Below, piece by piece: positions 46,509-56,536 of a stretch of DNA of 64,000 nt. Position numbers and translations under genes: made by a program. The notes beneath the pieces were generated by a model, which searched no databases, was not told the DNA's origin, and worked only from the letters and a program-made list of their open reading frames with translations. The first letter of the stretch is position 1; the number at the start of each line of letters is the position of its first letter. Source of the DNA: Parcubacteria group bacterium ADurb.Bin159 (GTDB lineage: Bacteria > Patescibacteriota > Patescibacteriia > UBA2591 > MWDC01); NCBI GenBank assembly GCA_002070355.1, contig MWDC01000001.1, forward strand, positions 1,996 through 65,995, given 5' to 3'.

Positions 46509-47968
46509 AATTTTGGTCTCATTAACGGAAATAAAATTACTTCTCTGATGCTATGCTGATTGGTTAAAATCTGACACAATCTATCAATGCCGATACCCTC
46601 ACCAGCCGTAGGCGGAAGTCCGTATTCGAGAGCTGATATAAAATCCTCATCCATAGGATGTGCTTCTTCGTCTCCCTCTTTTCTGGCTATTACTTGCGCC
46701 TTAAACCTTTCTTCTTGGTCTATAGGGTCGTTTAATTCCGAGAAAGCATTACAAATTTCCATTCCAGAAATTAATAATTGAAATCGCTCCACATAATTCG
46801 GATTATCCGCTTTTTTCTTTGCTAAAGGAGAAAGCTCCAAAGGATGATCAATAATAAAACAGGGCTGAATTATCTGGGGACGAGCTAATTCTTTCCATAT
46901 TTCATCTAAAATTTTTCCTTTAGACCAATTTTTCTCCACGGCTAATTCTTTTTTCTTGGCAACAATAAATAATTCTTCTTTTGTTTTAATTTTTTCCATA
47001 TCAATATCAGCGAATTTAATTAAAGCGTCTCTAAAAGTTAATCTCTGGTAAGGTTTTTTAAAATTGATTTTATTTTTTTCATATTCTAATTCCAAAGAAC
47101 CGCAAACTTTTAAAACAATTTTTTCCATTAGATCTTCAGTTAAATCCATTAAATCATTATAATCGCTGTATGCCTCATAAAATTCCACTTGGGTAAATTC
47201 TGGATTATGGGCAAAATCAATACCCTCATTGCGAAAACAGCGGGCTATTTCATAAACTTTAGGGAAACCGCCCACTACTAATCGCTTCAAATACAACTCC
47301 GGGGCAATACGCAAATAAAGGTCAATGTCCAAAGCATTAAGATGAGTAATAAACGGCCGAGCTGCTGCGCCTCCTGCCACTCCCTGCAATATTGGCGTCT
47401 CTACTTCTAAAAATCCACGCTTATCTAAAAAATCCCGCAATTCTTGAATAATCAACGCCCGTGTTTCAAAAATTTTTCTTGCTTCTGCATTAGCCATTAA
47501 ATCCAAATAGCGCTGTCGATACCTTGTTTCTTTATCTTTCAACCCATGCCATTTTTCCGGCAAAGGCAAAAGAGCTTTGGTTAAAATCCGCCATTCTTTT
47601 ATCCGTAAAGTTTTTTCTTGCTTATGGGTTTTAAAAAGCTCTCCTTTTATTTCTATAAAATCGCCAATATCAATGTACTCCTTAAAAAAATTATATTTTT
47701 CCTTGCCCACACTATCTTCAGATAAATAACCCTGAATTACAGCCGTGCCATCAGTTAAATCTAAAAAACAGGCCTTTCCGTGAAGACGTATGGCTAAAAT
47801 ACGACCGGCTAAAATAATTTCTTTACTCAATAATTCATCAAATTTCTCTTGTGCTTTTTTACAATTATGGGTTATTTTTGTTTTTGCTGGATACGGGTCA
47901 ATACCCATTTCTCTAAGCTTTTTTAATTTTTCTCGTCTAAATTTTTCCTCTCCTGTTTTAATTTCCAT
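46505..47968 (-). CDS. lysS: lysine--tRNA ligase, class II
   Basis: OB-fold N-terminal domain and class II motifs ([24 protein letters not shown]); 487 aa; start overlaps serS stop. Confidence 0.85.
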   Translation of the reverse strand: MEIKTGEEKFRREKLKKLREMGIDPYPAKTKITHNCKKAQEKFDELLSKEIILAGRILAIRLHGKACFLDLTDGTAVIQGYLSEDSVGKEKYNFFKEYIDIGDFIEIKGELFKTHKQEKTLRIKEWRILTKALLPLPEKWHGLKDKETRYRQRYLDLMANAEARKIFETRALIIQELRDFLDKRGFLEVETPILQGVAGGAAARPFITHLNALDIDLYLRIAPELYLKRLVVGGFPKVYEIARCFRNEGIDFAHNPEFTQVEFYEAYSDYNDLMDLTEDLMEKIVLKVCGSLELEYEKNKINFKKPYQRLTFRDALIKFADIDMEKIKTKEELFIVAKKKELAVEKNWSKGKILDEIWKELARPQIIQPCFIIDHPLELSPLAKKKADNPNYVERFQLLISGMEICNAFSELNDPIDQEERFKAQVIARKEGDEEAHPMDEDFISALEYGLPPTAGEGIGIDRLCQILTNQHSIREVILFPLMRPKL

Positions 47969-48201
47969 AAATACTAAAAATTTAATTCCTTTTTAATTCC
48001 TTTTATTTTACTCCTTTTTTACAAAAAAACAAGGGCTATACAGCCCCAACAAAAAATCCAAATTCTCCCTACCTTGTCTGCTCTACTTACCGGCAAGCAG
48101 GCAACAGACAAGAAATAAGCATGAATTTATTCAAAATTAAAAATTTATTCGAAATTTTCTTCGAAGCTCTTACTAAGAATGGAATTCTAAATTTTTATAT
48201 T

Positions 48202-51200
48202 TTAAATTCCAATTCTTATTGCTCCGCTATTGTAATCCTCTAAAATTTGTTCCGGCGTACGAGCGTAGTTATAGATACGGACATCATCGATAAGACCATT
48301 AAAGTACGAATAATTTCCCCCTATTTTTTCTCCTATATGTAGAGGACCGGTACCGTTTTGATCATTAGCAAAACCACTACTTCCTGTTACTGAGTTATCA
48401 AATTTGCCATCAATAAAAAGTTTAATACCTACATCTCTGTCAAAAATCCCAGTAATATGATGCCAGGTATTATCTAAAACTTCCGGCTTACTACTCTCAA
48501 CTATTGTTTGTAACCCACTAGCTGGAGAAAACGAGATTTGTAATTTTCTAGTCGTGGATGCTTGACGAATCCACCAATAATTCCCATTATCAGATCCATA
48601 ACCATATTGTTTCCAAATAATACCCGCATAACCATCTCCAGAAATAGGAAGAGAAGCTTTAATCCAAAGAGCAACAGTTAAATCATGTGTTCTTGCATTC
48701 AAACTATCATTATGTGGCATCCTTACATAATCATCAACTCCATCAAATTGCAGGGCGGAGTTAAGTTTGCCGACGGTCCAAATAGGACCGTCAGTGCCAT
48801 AACCTGTACCGTCATTATTATTATCTGAATCATCATACAAAGTTTGGCCTGAGGCATTGCCCGAAGTATATTCATCAAATCGCCACTGAGCTACCGGTTT
48901 GCCGTGATTATAATCCCAAGCAATCTGCGCCGGCGTCCGCGCGTAATCAAAAATCTGCACGTGGTCAATAAGACCATTAAAAAATTGAGAACCGGAAGTT
49001 CTTTTATCTCCCCCAATTCTATGAACAGTAGTAAAATTTATGTCGCTACCGCTAGTAGTCGCCATAGTATATTGAATACCATCAACATATCCATAAATTT
49101 TTCCTGCTGATTTATCTCTAACAAAAGCTAAATGGTGCCATTTATTGTCATTTAATTGAATGTTAATATAAGCATCAATTTGACCGTTATTCCAATAAAA
49201 ACGCGGTTTTGCAGGACCCGCTAATTCCCAATTTGAATTAGGAGAATCATTATAATTACCCAATATAACACCAACCCTATCTGTAACATCAGACGGAACC
49301 TTAATCCATGCCTCAACAGTGTTACTAACCAAACCAATATTAAGAATATTTGAAAATTCTACATAATCATTACTCCCATCAAATTCTAGGGCACTGCCAA
49401 TTTTGCCCGGGGAATACCAAGTAGGTTTATAATCAAGAGTGCCCCCACCCAAAGTCCCTCTATTATTATTGCCCGATTTATCATTAGCATAATCCCCTAC
49501 TTGCTCATTAAAATCCCAAAGAGCTATAGGTGGATTGCCGCCAAAACCGCCATCATCCCAAGTAGAAGCCGCGTTTTTCGTTGTGCCCATTACTACTGCC
49601 CTGCCTTGATTATACTCCATTTTTATCTCCTCCTCGCTTAAAGCGTAGTTATAAATTTTAACTTCATCAATGAGACCCTTAAAAACTCTGTTCATAACGC
49701 CCTTGCCAATATTAAATGCCGTATCATAATCTGAATTAGTGGCAGTACTTTGAGATTTTAAAACTCCATCTAAATAAGCTTTAGATATACCCGAATCAAC
49801 AACCCCAACCAAATAATGCCACTTATTGTCTTCTATCGATCCGAAATATGCTCTATCACTCCAATGCCCTGAATGGAAAAAATAATTATCGGCAGATCCA
49901 TCTTTACTGAAAGAATAAGAGGGCTCATAATATGGCTCTGGATTATTAACCTTCCCTTTCCAGAGTATTCCAGCCCAATCTGGAGATCCTCCCGAAGTTT
50001 TGATCCAAGCTGATATGGTAAAATTTCCACTTCCAAATTTAAAGTTATTAATACCCCCGCAATTTACATAATCATCTGCTCCGTCAAAACTCAATGCTTT
50101 GCCGAATTTACCGTTATTGGTCCAAGCAGCACCGGTGATAGTGCCATTATTGCCAAAACCACTGGAGTCGTAGACCGTGGTGCCATAGCCCTCATCAAAT
50201 TTCCAATAGCCAACCGGAGATTTTTGAGCCGGCCGGCTGGCATTCATATCCTCCAAAATTTGCTTCTGCGTGCGAGCGTAATTATATATGCGAATATCAT
50301 CAATAAGACCAGAAAAAAATTCGCCTGCCGCAAATCCTCCTCCCACACTATCTTGGTCAACTCCTATCACTAAAGAACCATTTGCCGTTATAGAACCACC
50401 CGAAGCAAGTGTTCCTGAATAAGATAATTTACCATCTTTATATAATTTTGTTGCCCCGTCTGTCCCATTCCACGTTACAGCAATAAAATGCCATTTATTA
50501 TCATTTATAGATACACCAGTAGTCACATTAGATGTTACGGTATAAATCTGTATATTAGCGCTATTAAAAATTAACCAATTATTATCAGAAGCTGTTGAAG
50601 CGTAAGAAATAATACCATCGTTAGAATCAGATGTTTTTATCCAAAATGTTGTTGTTATGGCCGATTTTGGAAAATTAGAAATTGGATTTTTAATCACATA
50701 ATCATCTACTCCGTCAAAGGAGCAAGCAGTTCCATATTTGCCGGGTTTGGTGCAATCCATACCCATAGCATTGGCTCCATAATGGGTAGTACCATTATTG
50801 CCATTGCCGGAAATATCATAAATTGTTTTATTGTCTCCAGCGACTCTTTCGTCCATTTTCCAGTAGCCGACTGGTGGAGGCCCCCATTCGTAAAGAGCGC
50901 GGATTTCGCGATTATTAAGCGCGCGATTATATATGCGGACATCATCAATAAGACCATTAAAAGAATAACTTCCACCATGAAAATCGCCTATTCTAAAAAC
51001 TCCATTAGTAGTTGTTGAATTTCTATAACCAGCTGTTCCTTTTTCTACTCCATCAATAAACAATTTTGCATAATTATTCGCATAATCATTAACAACAACA
51101 AAATGATGCCAATTAGCATCAGGATAACCATTATAAAAAGGATTATTTTCTGAATCTCCTGTATTCCAATTAATTTTTCCGCCAGTAAAATATATATTGG

Positions 51201-51462
51201 GACCTGAGCTGTAGTTGTCTCCATCTAATGAAAGAGGAATTTTACCATTATAAGCCGAACTTTTTAACCAAGCCGATAATGTAATAGTATTGCCTATATT
51301 AAAATTGCTAATATTTACATAATCTCCACTACCATCGAAAGTACCGCCGTTGCCAAATTTGCCGGCAACAGGGAGGGCATTACCCGCGGCTGTGCCGTGA
51401 TTATTGTTACCCGAGGAATCTTTAACTTCACCGGAAGTACCATTCCAAGAGGCTTCGTCCAT
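48202..51462 (-). CDS. secreted protein with five tandem LamG/concanavalin-A-like lectin domains (annotated start probably not the true N-terminus)
   Basis: Five repeats each begin P(V/I)(G/A)YW(K/R)(F/M)DE and end GLIDDVRIYNYARTPEQILEDYN or a variant. There is no signal peptide at the annotated Met. The frame continues upstream through a single TAA into ORF 51484-52278. Confidence 0.6.
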   Translation of the reverse strand: MDEASWNGTSGEVKDSSGNNNHGTAAGNALPVAGKFGNGGTFDGSGDYVNISNFNIGNTITLSAWLKSSAYNGKIPLSLDGDNYSSGPNIYFTGGKINWNTGDSENNPFYNGYPDANWHHFVVVNDYANNYAKLFIDGVEKGTAGYRNSTTTNGVFRIGDFHGGSYSFNGLIDDVRIYNRALNNREIRALYEWGPPPVGYWKMDERVAGDNKTIYDISGNGNNGTTHYGANAMGMDCTKPGKYGTACSFDGVDDYVIKNPISNFPKSAITTTFWIKTSDSNDGIISYASTASDNNWLIFNSANIQIYTVTSNVTTGVSINDNKWHFIAVTWNGTDGATKLYKDGKLSYSGTLASGGSITANGSLVIGVDQDSVGGGFAAGEFFSGLIDDIRIYNYARTQKQILEDMNASRPAQKSPVGYWKFDEGYGTTVYDSSGFGNNGTITGAAWTNNGKFGKALSFDGADDYVNCGGINNFKFGSGNFTISAWIKTSGGSPDWAGILWKGKVNNPEPYYEPSYSFSKDGSADNYFFHSGHWSDRAYFGSIEDNKWHYLVGVVDSGISKAYLDGVLKSQSTATNSDYDTAFNIGKGVMNRVFKGLIDEVKIYNYALSEEEIKMEYNQGRAVVMGTTKNAASTWDDGGFGGNPPIALWDFNEQVGDYANDKSGNNNRGTLGGGTLDYKPTWYSPGKIGSALEFDGSNDYVEFSNILNIGLVSNTVEAWIKVPSDVTDRVGVILGNYNDSPNSNWELAGPAKPRFYWNNGQIDAYINIQLNDNKWHHLAFVRDKSAGKIYGYVDGIQYTMATTSGSDINFTTVHRIGGDKRTSGSQFFNGLIDHVQIFDYARTPAQIAWDYNHGKPVAQWRFDEYTSGNASGQTLYDDSDNNNDGTGYGTDGPIWTVGKLNSALQFDGVDDYVRMPHNDSLNARTHDLTVALWIKASLPISGDGYAGIIWKQYGYGSDNGNYWWIRQASTTRKLQISFSPASGLQTIVESSKPEVLDNTWHHITGIFDRDVGIKLFIDGKFDNSVTGSSGFANDQNGTGPLHIGEKIGGNYSYFNGLIDDVRIYNYARTPEQILEDYNSGAIRIGI

Positions 51463-51483
51463 TTTCCAATAGCCGACTAATCC

Positions 51484-52278
51484 TTAGTTCAAATTATAAA
51501 CTTCAGATGGCGAAGAAACTTTTATGGCTGAACCTTTGGGCCCACCGCCCAAGTAATCCGCCTTGATTTGTTCCGGCGTACGAACGTAGTTATATATGCG
51601 GATATCATCTAAATAACCCAAAAAAGGATAAGAACTACTATAATAACCTAGATCAGCACCGGTCATAGCAGTAGATTGAAACCCAGTATAAGAAGCGCTA
51701 CCTTTTTCTAAACCATTAACATATAATTTTTGGCTACTGGCAGTTAAAACAGCAGTAATATAATACCATTGATTCTCGTCAGAAAAACCATAAGCGTTAA
51801 CATGTCTTTGTGTGCCTCCACTATCACTCCAGGAAAGACGGAACCTGTCGTCACTATGATGATAAGCTAAATACAAATATTGTCCTTTGGAAGTAAAAAA
51901 TATGGGGTAATTTGAGGCAGGAGCTAGCCCGGGTTTAACCCACATAGAGATGGTAAATGCTTGCAAGTTGGGTATTATTGTGCTTGATACAGAAACTTTA
52001 TCTCCCCCCCCATTAAACCGCAAGCATTTTCCTGATTTGCACATATCTTCAGATTGCCAAGTAGCGCCATAAATCGTGCCGTCGTTATTATTGGTACTGT
52101 CGTCATAAGCAGTTCCTCCATATCCCTCATCAAATCGCCAATAAGCCACTGGCGGTTCGCCGGCAGCAGGCGTGGCAAAAACACCGGCAAAATAAAGGAT
52201 TAAAAAAACACCGCCAATTACAGCCAATAAAACGGCGGTGAAAATTAAATAAGGAGATTTGGGATTAAATTTAGACAT
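51484..52278 (-). CDS. membrane-anchored LamG-domain protein (N-terminal TM plus one LamG domain); possibly the N-terminal part of a single larger gene with 48202-51462
   Basis: TM (YLIFTAVLLAVIGGVFLILYFAGVF), then VAYWRFDEGYGGTAYDDSTNNNDGTIYGATWQSEDMCKSGKCL...GYLDDIRIYNYVRTPEQIKADY. Confidence 0.55.
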   Translation of the reverse strand: MSKFNPKSPYLIFTAVLLAVIGGVFLILYFAGVFATPAAGEPPVAYWRFDEGYGGTAYDDSTNNNDGTIYGATWQSEDMCKSGKCLRFNGGGDKVSVSSTIIPNLQAFTISMWVKPGLAPASNYPIFFTSKGQYLYLAYHHSDDRFRLSWSDSGGTQRHVNAYGFSDENQWYYITAVLTASSQKLYVNGLEKGSASYTGFQSTAMTGADLGYYSSSYPFLGYLDDIRIYNYVRTPEQIKADYLGGGPKGSAIKVSSPSEVYNLN

Positions 52279-52395
52279 AAAAAAATGTTAAATATTAAAT
52301 GCCAAAATCGGAAATTTTCTTCAAAACTCTTGCTAAGAGTAGAATTCTAAATTTTATATTTTATATTCTATTATAATTATACTCTTTCAATTTTG

Positions 52396-52851
52396 TCAGT
52401 CAACGGAAATGATGTGGATTTTTGTTTCGCCTTTGGGAGTATTAAAAGTGAAACTATCGCCTTTTTTATGATCCATTAAGGCTTGACCTAAAGGAGATTT
52501 ATAAGAGATAGCGCCGCTAAAAGCGTCAACTTCTTCTTGGCTGACAATAGAAAAATTTTGTTCTAAATTATTTATAGTGATTTTAACTTTTGAGCCAATA
52601 TTAATTCTCCCGTTATTTTTATCGGTTTCAATAATAATGGAGCTTTTTAAAATATTTTCCAAACGAATAATTTCCGCTTCGGTTTGTTCGCGTTCTTCTT
52701 TAGCGGAATGATATTCAGCATTTTCGCTTAAATCGCCTAACTCTTTAGCTCGTTGAATGGCTTCGGCGATTTCCGGCCGACGAACTTCTTTTAGATATTT
52801 AAGCCGCTCTTGTATCTTGTTTTTCCCTTCTGGGGTTAAAAGAGAATCCAT
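52396..52851 (-). CDS. greA: transcription elongation factor GreA
   Basis: N-terminal coiled coil (LTPEGKNKIQERLKYLK...GDLSENAEYHSAKEE) and C-terminal FKBP-like domain; 151 aa. Confidence 0.85.
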   Translation of the reverse strand: MDSLLTPEGKNKIQERLKYLKEVRRPEIAEAIQRAKELGDLSENAEYHSAKEEREQTEAEIIRLENILKSSIIIETDKNNGRINIGSKVKITINNLEQNFSIVSQEEVDAFSGAISYKSPLGQALMDHKKGDSFTFNTPKGETKIHIISVD

Positions 52852-52988
52852 AATAAAAAGTTTAAAAATAAAAATATATAATAAAATAAGGAGCCGCCTA
52901 ATGGCGGAAAATATTTACTCAATTTAGGTTAAATATATTATATAATTAAAATAAAATAAAGCAAGGGGATAAAAAAACAACAAAAAAA

Positions 52989-55436
52989 TTAGATTACCAA
53001 ATTAATTAATTTATCGGGCACAAAAATTATTTTTTTTATTTCTTTATCCTTTATCCATTTTTGCGTTTTTTCTCGGCTAAAAACAATTTCTTCTACTTTT
53101 TCCCGAGATATTCCTTTTTCTATTTCTACTTTATCTCGTATTTTACCATTAATTTGAATAATGAATATAAATTTCTCTTCTTTCACTAATTCCTTGTCGT
53201 ATTTAGGCCAATTCTCAAAAAATATACTTGCTTTATGGCCTAATCTTTGCCAAATTTCTTCAGATAAATGAGGAGCAAAAGGAGCTACTAATTTTATCAA
53301 TAACTCATAATCTGAGACAGCTAATTGCTCCGCCTTTTCCATCTCATTAGTTAAAACCATAAGTGAAGAAATAGCCGTATTAAATTTAAAACTTTCTATG
53401 TCTTCGGTCACTTGCTTAATAGTTTTATGAAGCAATTTTTTTATAGGAAGAGATGTCTCTATTGTTTTCATCTTTTTACTTTGAGTTTCGAATCTATCTA
53501 AAAGTTGCCACACTTTTTGTAAAAATCGATAAGAACCGATTATTCCCTTATCCTGCCATTGGCAGGCCTGATCAGCCGGGCCAATGAAAAGTTCATAAAC
53601 TCGAAGAGTGTCTGCTCCATATTTTTTAAAAATCTCGTCCGGGCTTACCACATTGCCTCGGGACTTAGACATTTTAGCTCCCTCATGATAAATCGTGCCC
53701 TGATTGAATAATTTGGAAAATGCCTCGTCAAAATCAATATAGCCTAAATCTTTTAACGCTTTAACAAAAAATCGAGCGTATAAAAGATGTAAACAAGCAT
53801 GCTCCGCTCCACCCACATATAAATCAACGGGCAGCCAAAATTTAATTAAATTTTTATGCTCTTTTAAAATGCTCCCTTTTTGATTTTTTTGCTTATGCCA
53901 AAAAGCGTAAGCAAGATAATACCAAGAAGAGCAAACGAAAGTGTCCATCGTGTCTGTTTCTCTTTTCGCTAAACCTCCGCATTTGGGGCATTTAGTTTGT
54001 AAAAATTTTTTTGATTTAATTAAAGGACTTTCCCCTTCGCCTCCTGGCTTGAAATCTTTAATTTTAGGAAGCAAAACAGGCAAATCGTTTTCTGCTACCG
54101 CCTGCCAGCCACATTTAGGACAAAAAATCATTGGTATGGGCGCTCCCCAATATCTTTGACGAGAAATAAGCCAATCGCGTAATTTATAATAAACTGCTTT
54201 TTTGCCTAATTTTTTTTCTGATAAATATTGAGTAATTTTCTCTCTTGCTTCAAGCGAAGACAAACCGGTAAAAACGCCGGAGTTAATCAAAACCCCATCA
54301 TCTTCAAATGCTTTTTCAGGAAATTTTGTTTGACTATTTACCGGCTGAATAACTTCTTTAACGGATAAATTATATTTTTTAGCAAAAAGAAAATCACGTT
54401 CATCGTGAGCCGGCACAGCCATTATGGCTCCTGTACCGTATTCGGTTAAGACATAATCAGCGACAAAAATAGGCACTTCTTCGTTATTAATAGGATTTAT
54501 CGCTTTTATTCCTTTTATTTCCACTCCTGTTTTTTCTTTGTCTTCCGCTAATCTTTCTGTTTCTGATTTTGTCTTTGCTTTTTCTGTATAATCTAAAACT
54601 TCTTTATAATTAGAAATTTTGGGTTTTAATTGTTTGATAATAGAAGATTCTGGCGCAATAACAATATAAGTACAGCCAAATAAAGTATCCACGCGCGTGG
54701 TGAAAACAGGAATTTGAAATTCGGAATTTGGAATTTGGAAAATAATTTCTGTACCTTCGGATTTTCCTATCCAATTTCTTTGCATTATTTTTATCTTGTC
54801 AGGCCAATCAATTTTATCTAAATCATCTATTAATCTTTCGGCATAATCAGTAATTTTAAAGAACCATTGCTCTAACTGCTTTTTAGAAACTATGTTCTGG
54901 CATCTTTCACATTTGCCATCAATAACCTGTTCATTAGCTAAAACTGTTTTGCAAGAAGGACAAAAATTTACTTCTGCTTTTTTCCGATAAGCCAAACCCG
55001 CCTTATAAAGTTCTAAAAACATCCATTGTGTCCATTGATAATAATCCTTAGAACAAGAACAAATTTCTCTTGACCAATCATATCCCAAGCCGGAAGAGAT
55101 AAGCTGCTTTTTGATATTTTTAATGGCTTTTTGTGTGGTAATTGCCGGATGAACTCCGGTTTTAAGGGCAAAATTTTCCGCTGGCAAACCAAAAGCGTCC
55201 CAGCCCATAGGATGTAAAACATTATATCCCTCCATTAGTCTTTTTTTGGCTATAATATCAGAAATAGTATAACCTCTTAAATGCCCTACATGCAATCCAT
55301 AACTTGAAGGGTAAGGAAACATATCCAAACAATAAAATTTCGGCTTTGATGATTCATCTTCTGCCTTAAAAATATTTTTTTTCTGCCAATATTTTTGCCA
55401 TTTTTTTTCAATGTTTTGGTGATTATACACAGGCAT
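52989..55436 (-). CDS. leuS: leucine--tRNA ligase
   Basis: HIGH (PYPSSYGLHVGHLRGYT), KMSKS (KMSKSRGN), CP1 editing-domain and Zn-binding cysteines; 815 aa. Confidence 0.9.
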   Translation of the reverse strand: MPVYNHQNIEKKWQKYWQKKNIFKAEDESSKPKFYCLDMFPYPSSYGLHVGHLRGYTISDIIAKKRLMEGYNVLHPMGWDAFGLPAENFALKTGVHPAITTQKAIKNIKKQLISSGLGYDWSREICSCSKDYYQWTQWMFLELYKAGLAYRKKAEVNFCPSCKTVLANEQVIDGKCERCQNIVSKKQLEQWFFKITDYAERLIDDLDKIDWPDKIKIMQRNWIGKSEGTEIIFQIPNSEFQIPVFTTRVDTLFGCTYIVIAPESSIIKQLKPKISNYKEVLDYTEKAKTKSETERLAEDKEKTGVEIKGIKAINPINNEEVPIFVADYVLTEYGTGAIMAVPAHDERDFLFAKKYNLSVKEVIQPVNSQTKFPEKAFEDDGVLINSGVFTGLSSLEAREKITQYLSEKKLGKKAVYYKLRDWLISRQRYWGAPIPMIFCPKCGWQAVAENDLPVLLPKIKDFKPGGEGESPLIKSKKFLQTKCPKCGGLAKRETDTMDTFVCSSWYYLAYAFWHKQKNQKGSILKEHKNLIKFWLPVDLYVGGAEHACLHLLYARFFVKALKDLGYIDFDEAFSKLFNQGTIYHEGAKMSKSRGNVVSPDEIFKKYGADTLRVYELFIGPADQACQWQDKGIIGSYRFLQKVWQLLDRFETQSKKMKTIETSLPIKKLLHKTIKQVTEDIESFKFNTAISSLMVLTNEMEKAEQLAVSDYELLIKLVAPFAPHLSEEIWQRLGHKASIFFENWPKYDKELVKEEKFIFIIQINGKIRDKVEIEKGISREKVEEIVFSREKTQKWIKDKEIKKIIFVPDKLINLVI

Positions 55437-55442
55437 AATAAT

Positions 55443-56408
55443 TTAGGGTTGGAGGATATCTTCTGTCCTCCCATTAATAGAAATAATAACTTCATTAATA
55501 GAAGAAAACTGCTTTAAAGTATCAGTAATTTGAGCTCTAATGGCTGCTACTTTACAAGAACCGCCAACTTGATATTCCAGCTGTTCATTAAAATCCACTT
55601 TAGCCACACCATTTTCAATAGTTAAACTTTGAACTCTTACCCCGGGGTTAATGCTGGAAAAAAATCCTTGATTGATTTCTCCTTTAGTCGCCCCTCTTAA
55701 AAGGGCTTCTATTGCTGCTCTCCCAACTCCTACTGTTTTGGGCACTCGTCTTTCTACGGCGATAGTTTTAGCGCAATCAAAATATGGCTCATTAACAAAA
55801 CGAGAATCACTTAAAAATATTTTTATAGTCATAAAATCTTGGGGTATTTCTGTTATCTCCTTAAAATAAATAGGTACGATTAATTCATCGGCATTTTCTT
55901 CTAATCCGGAAGGATTGTCTTTTTCTAAAATTAATTTGCCCGTGGAAGTAGAAGGAACAGCAAAGGGAAGAGTAGCGGTAAATTCAACAAAATCTTCAGT
56001 CATCCAATTCTCTAAAGCCGTAGCCACACCTTGTCCCAAAAGAAATTCTTGTTCATCAAAAATCTTTATCGGAAAGCTGGCTTCAAAATACCAATTGCCT
56101 CTTGCTTTTCCTTTAATAAATAACGGACTCTCTATGGCTTGATTAGGACGAGGATTTTCTATTATTATTAAATCACTTTTCTCTAATTCATTGCCAATAT
56201 TTTCAACAAAACTTTTTCCCTCCGGCGTTTTACATTGCCGGGGATAACTTTCCAAAACAGGATAACCACTATTAACACATTCTTCAAAATTATTTATGGC
56301 TATAGGAGTTGACGCGGGCGTTAATTCTTTTTTTGAAGTTAAAACAAAAAAATAAATTCCCAAAACAACAAAAATAATAATGAGTGAAATAATAATAGAT
56401 TTTTTCAT
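55443..56408 (-). CDS. membrane-anchored protein with Ig-like (Gmad2) and GerMN domains
   Basis: N-terminal TM; C-terminal region resembles GerMN (spore-germination/GerM-like) domains. Domain call is moderate. Confidence 0.45.
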   Translation of the reverse strand: MKKSIIISLIIIFVVLGIYFFVLTSKKELTPASTPIAINNFEECVNSGYPVLESYPRQCKTPEGKSFVENIGNELEKSDLIIIENPRPNQAIESPLFIKGKARGNWYFEASFPIKIFDEQEFLLGQGVATALENWMTEDFVEFTATLPFAVPSTSTGKLILEKDNPSGLEENADELIVPIYFKEITEIPQDFMTIKIFLSDSRFVNEPYFDCAKTIAVERRVPKTVGVGRAAIEALLRGATKGEINQGFFSSINPGVRVQSLTIENGVAKVDFNEQLEYQVGGSCKVAAIRAQITDTLKQFSSINEVIISINGRTEDILQP

Positions 56409-56471
56409 AAAAAAATATAAATTTATAAATTATTTAAATAGTTTACCAGAAAAAATTTTTTTAGCAAGAGC

Positions 56472-56506
56472 ATTAAAATAAATCCCGCCCCTTGAAAAGG
56501 GCGGGA
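56472..56506 (-). terminator. putative rho-independent terminator downstream of the SIMPL-domain gene
   Basis: On the minus strand: CCCGCCC-UUUUCAA-GGGGCGGG hairpin followed by AUUUAUUUUAAU. Confidence 0.45.
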
Positions 56507-56536
56507 TATAATACAGTACAAATTGTAATCTGTTCT

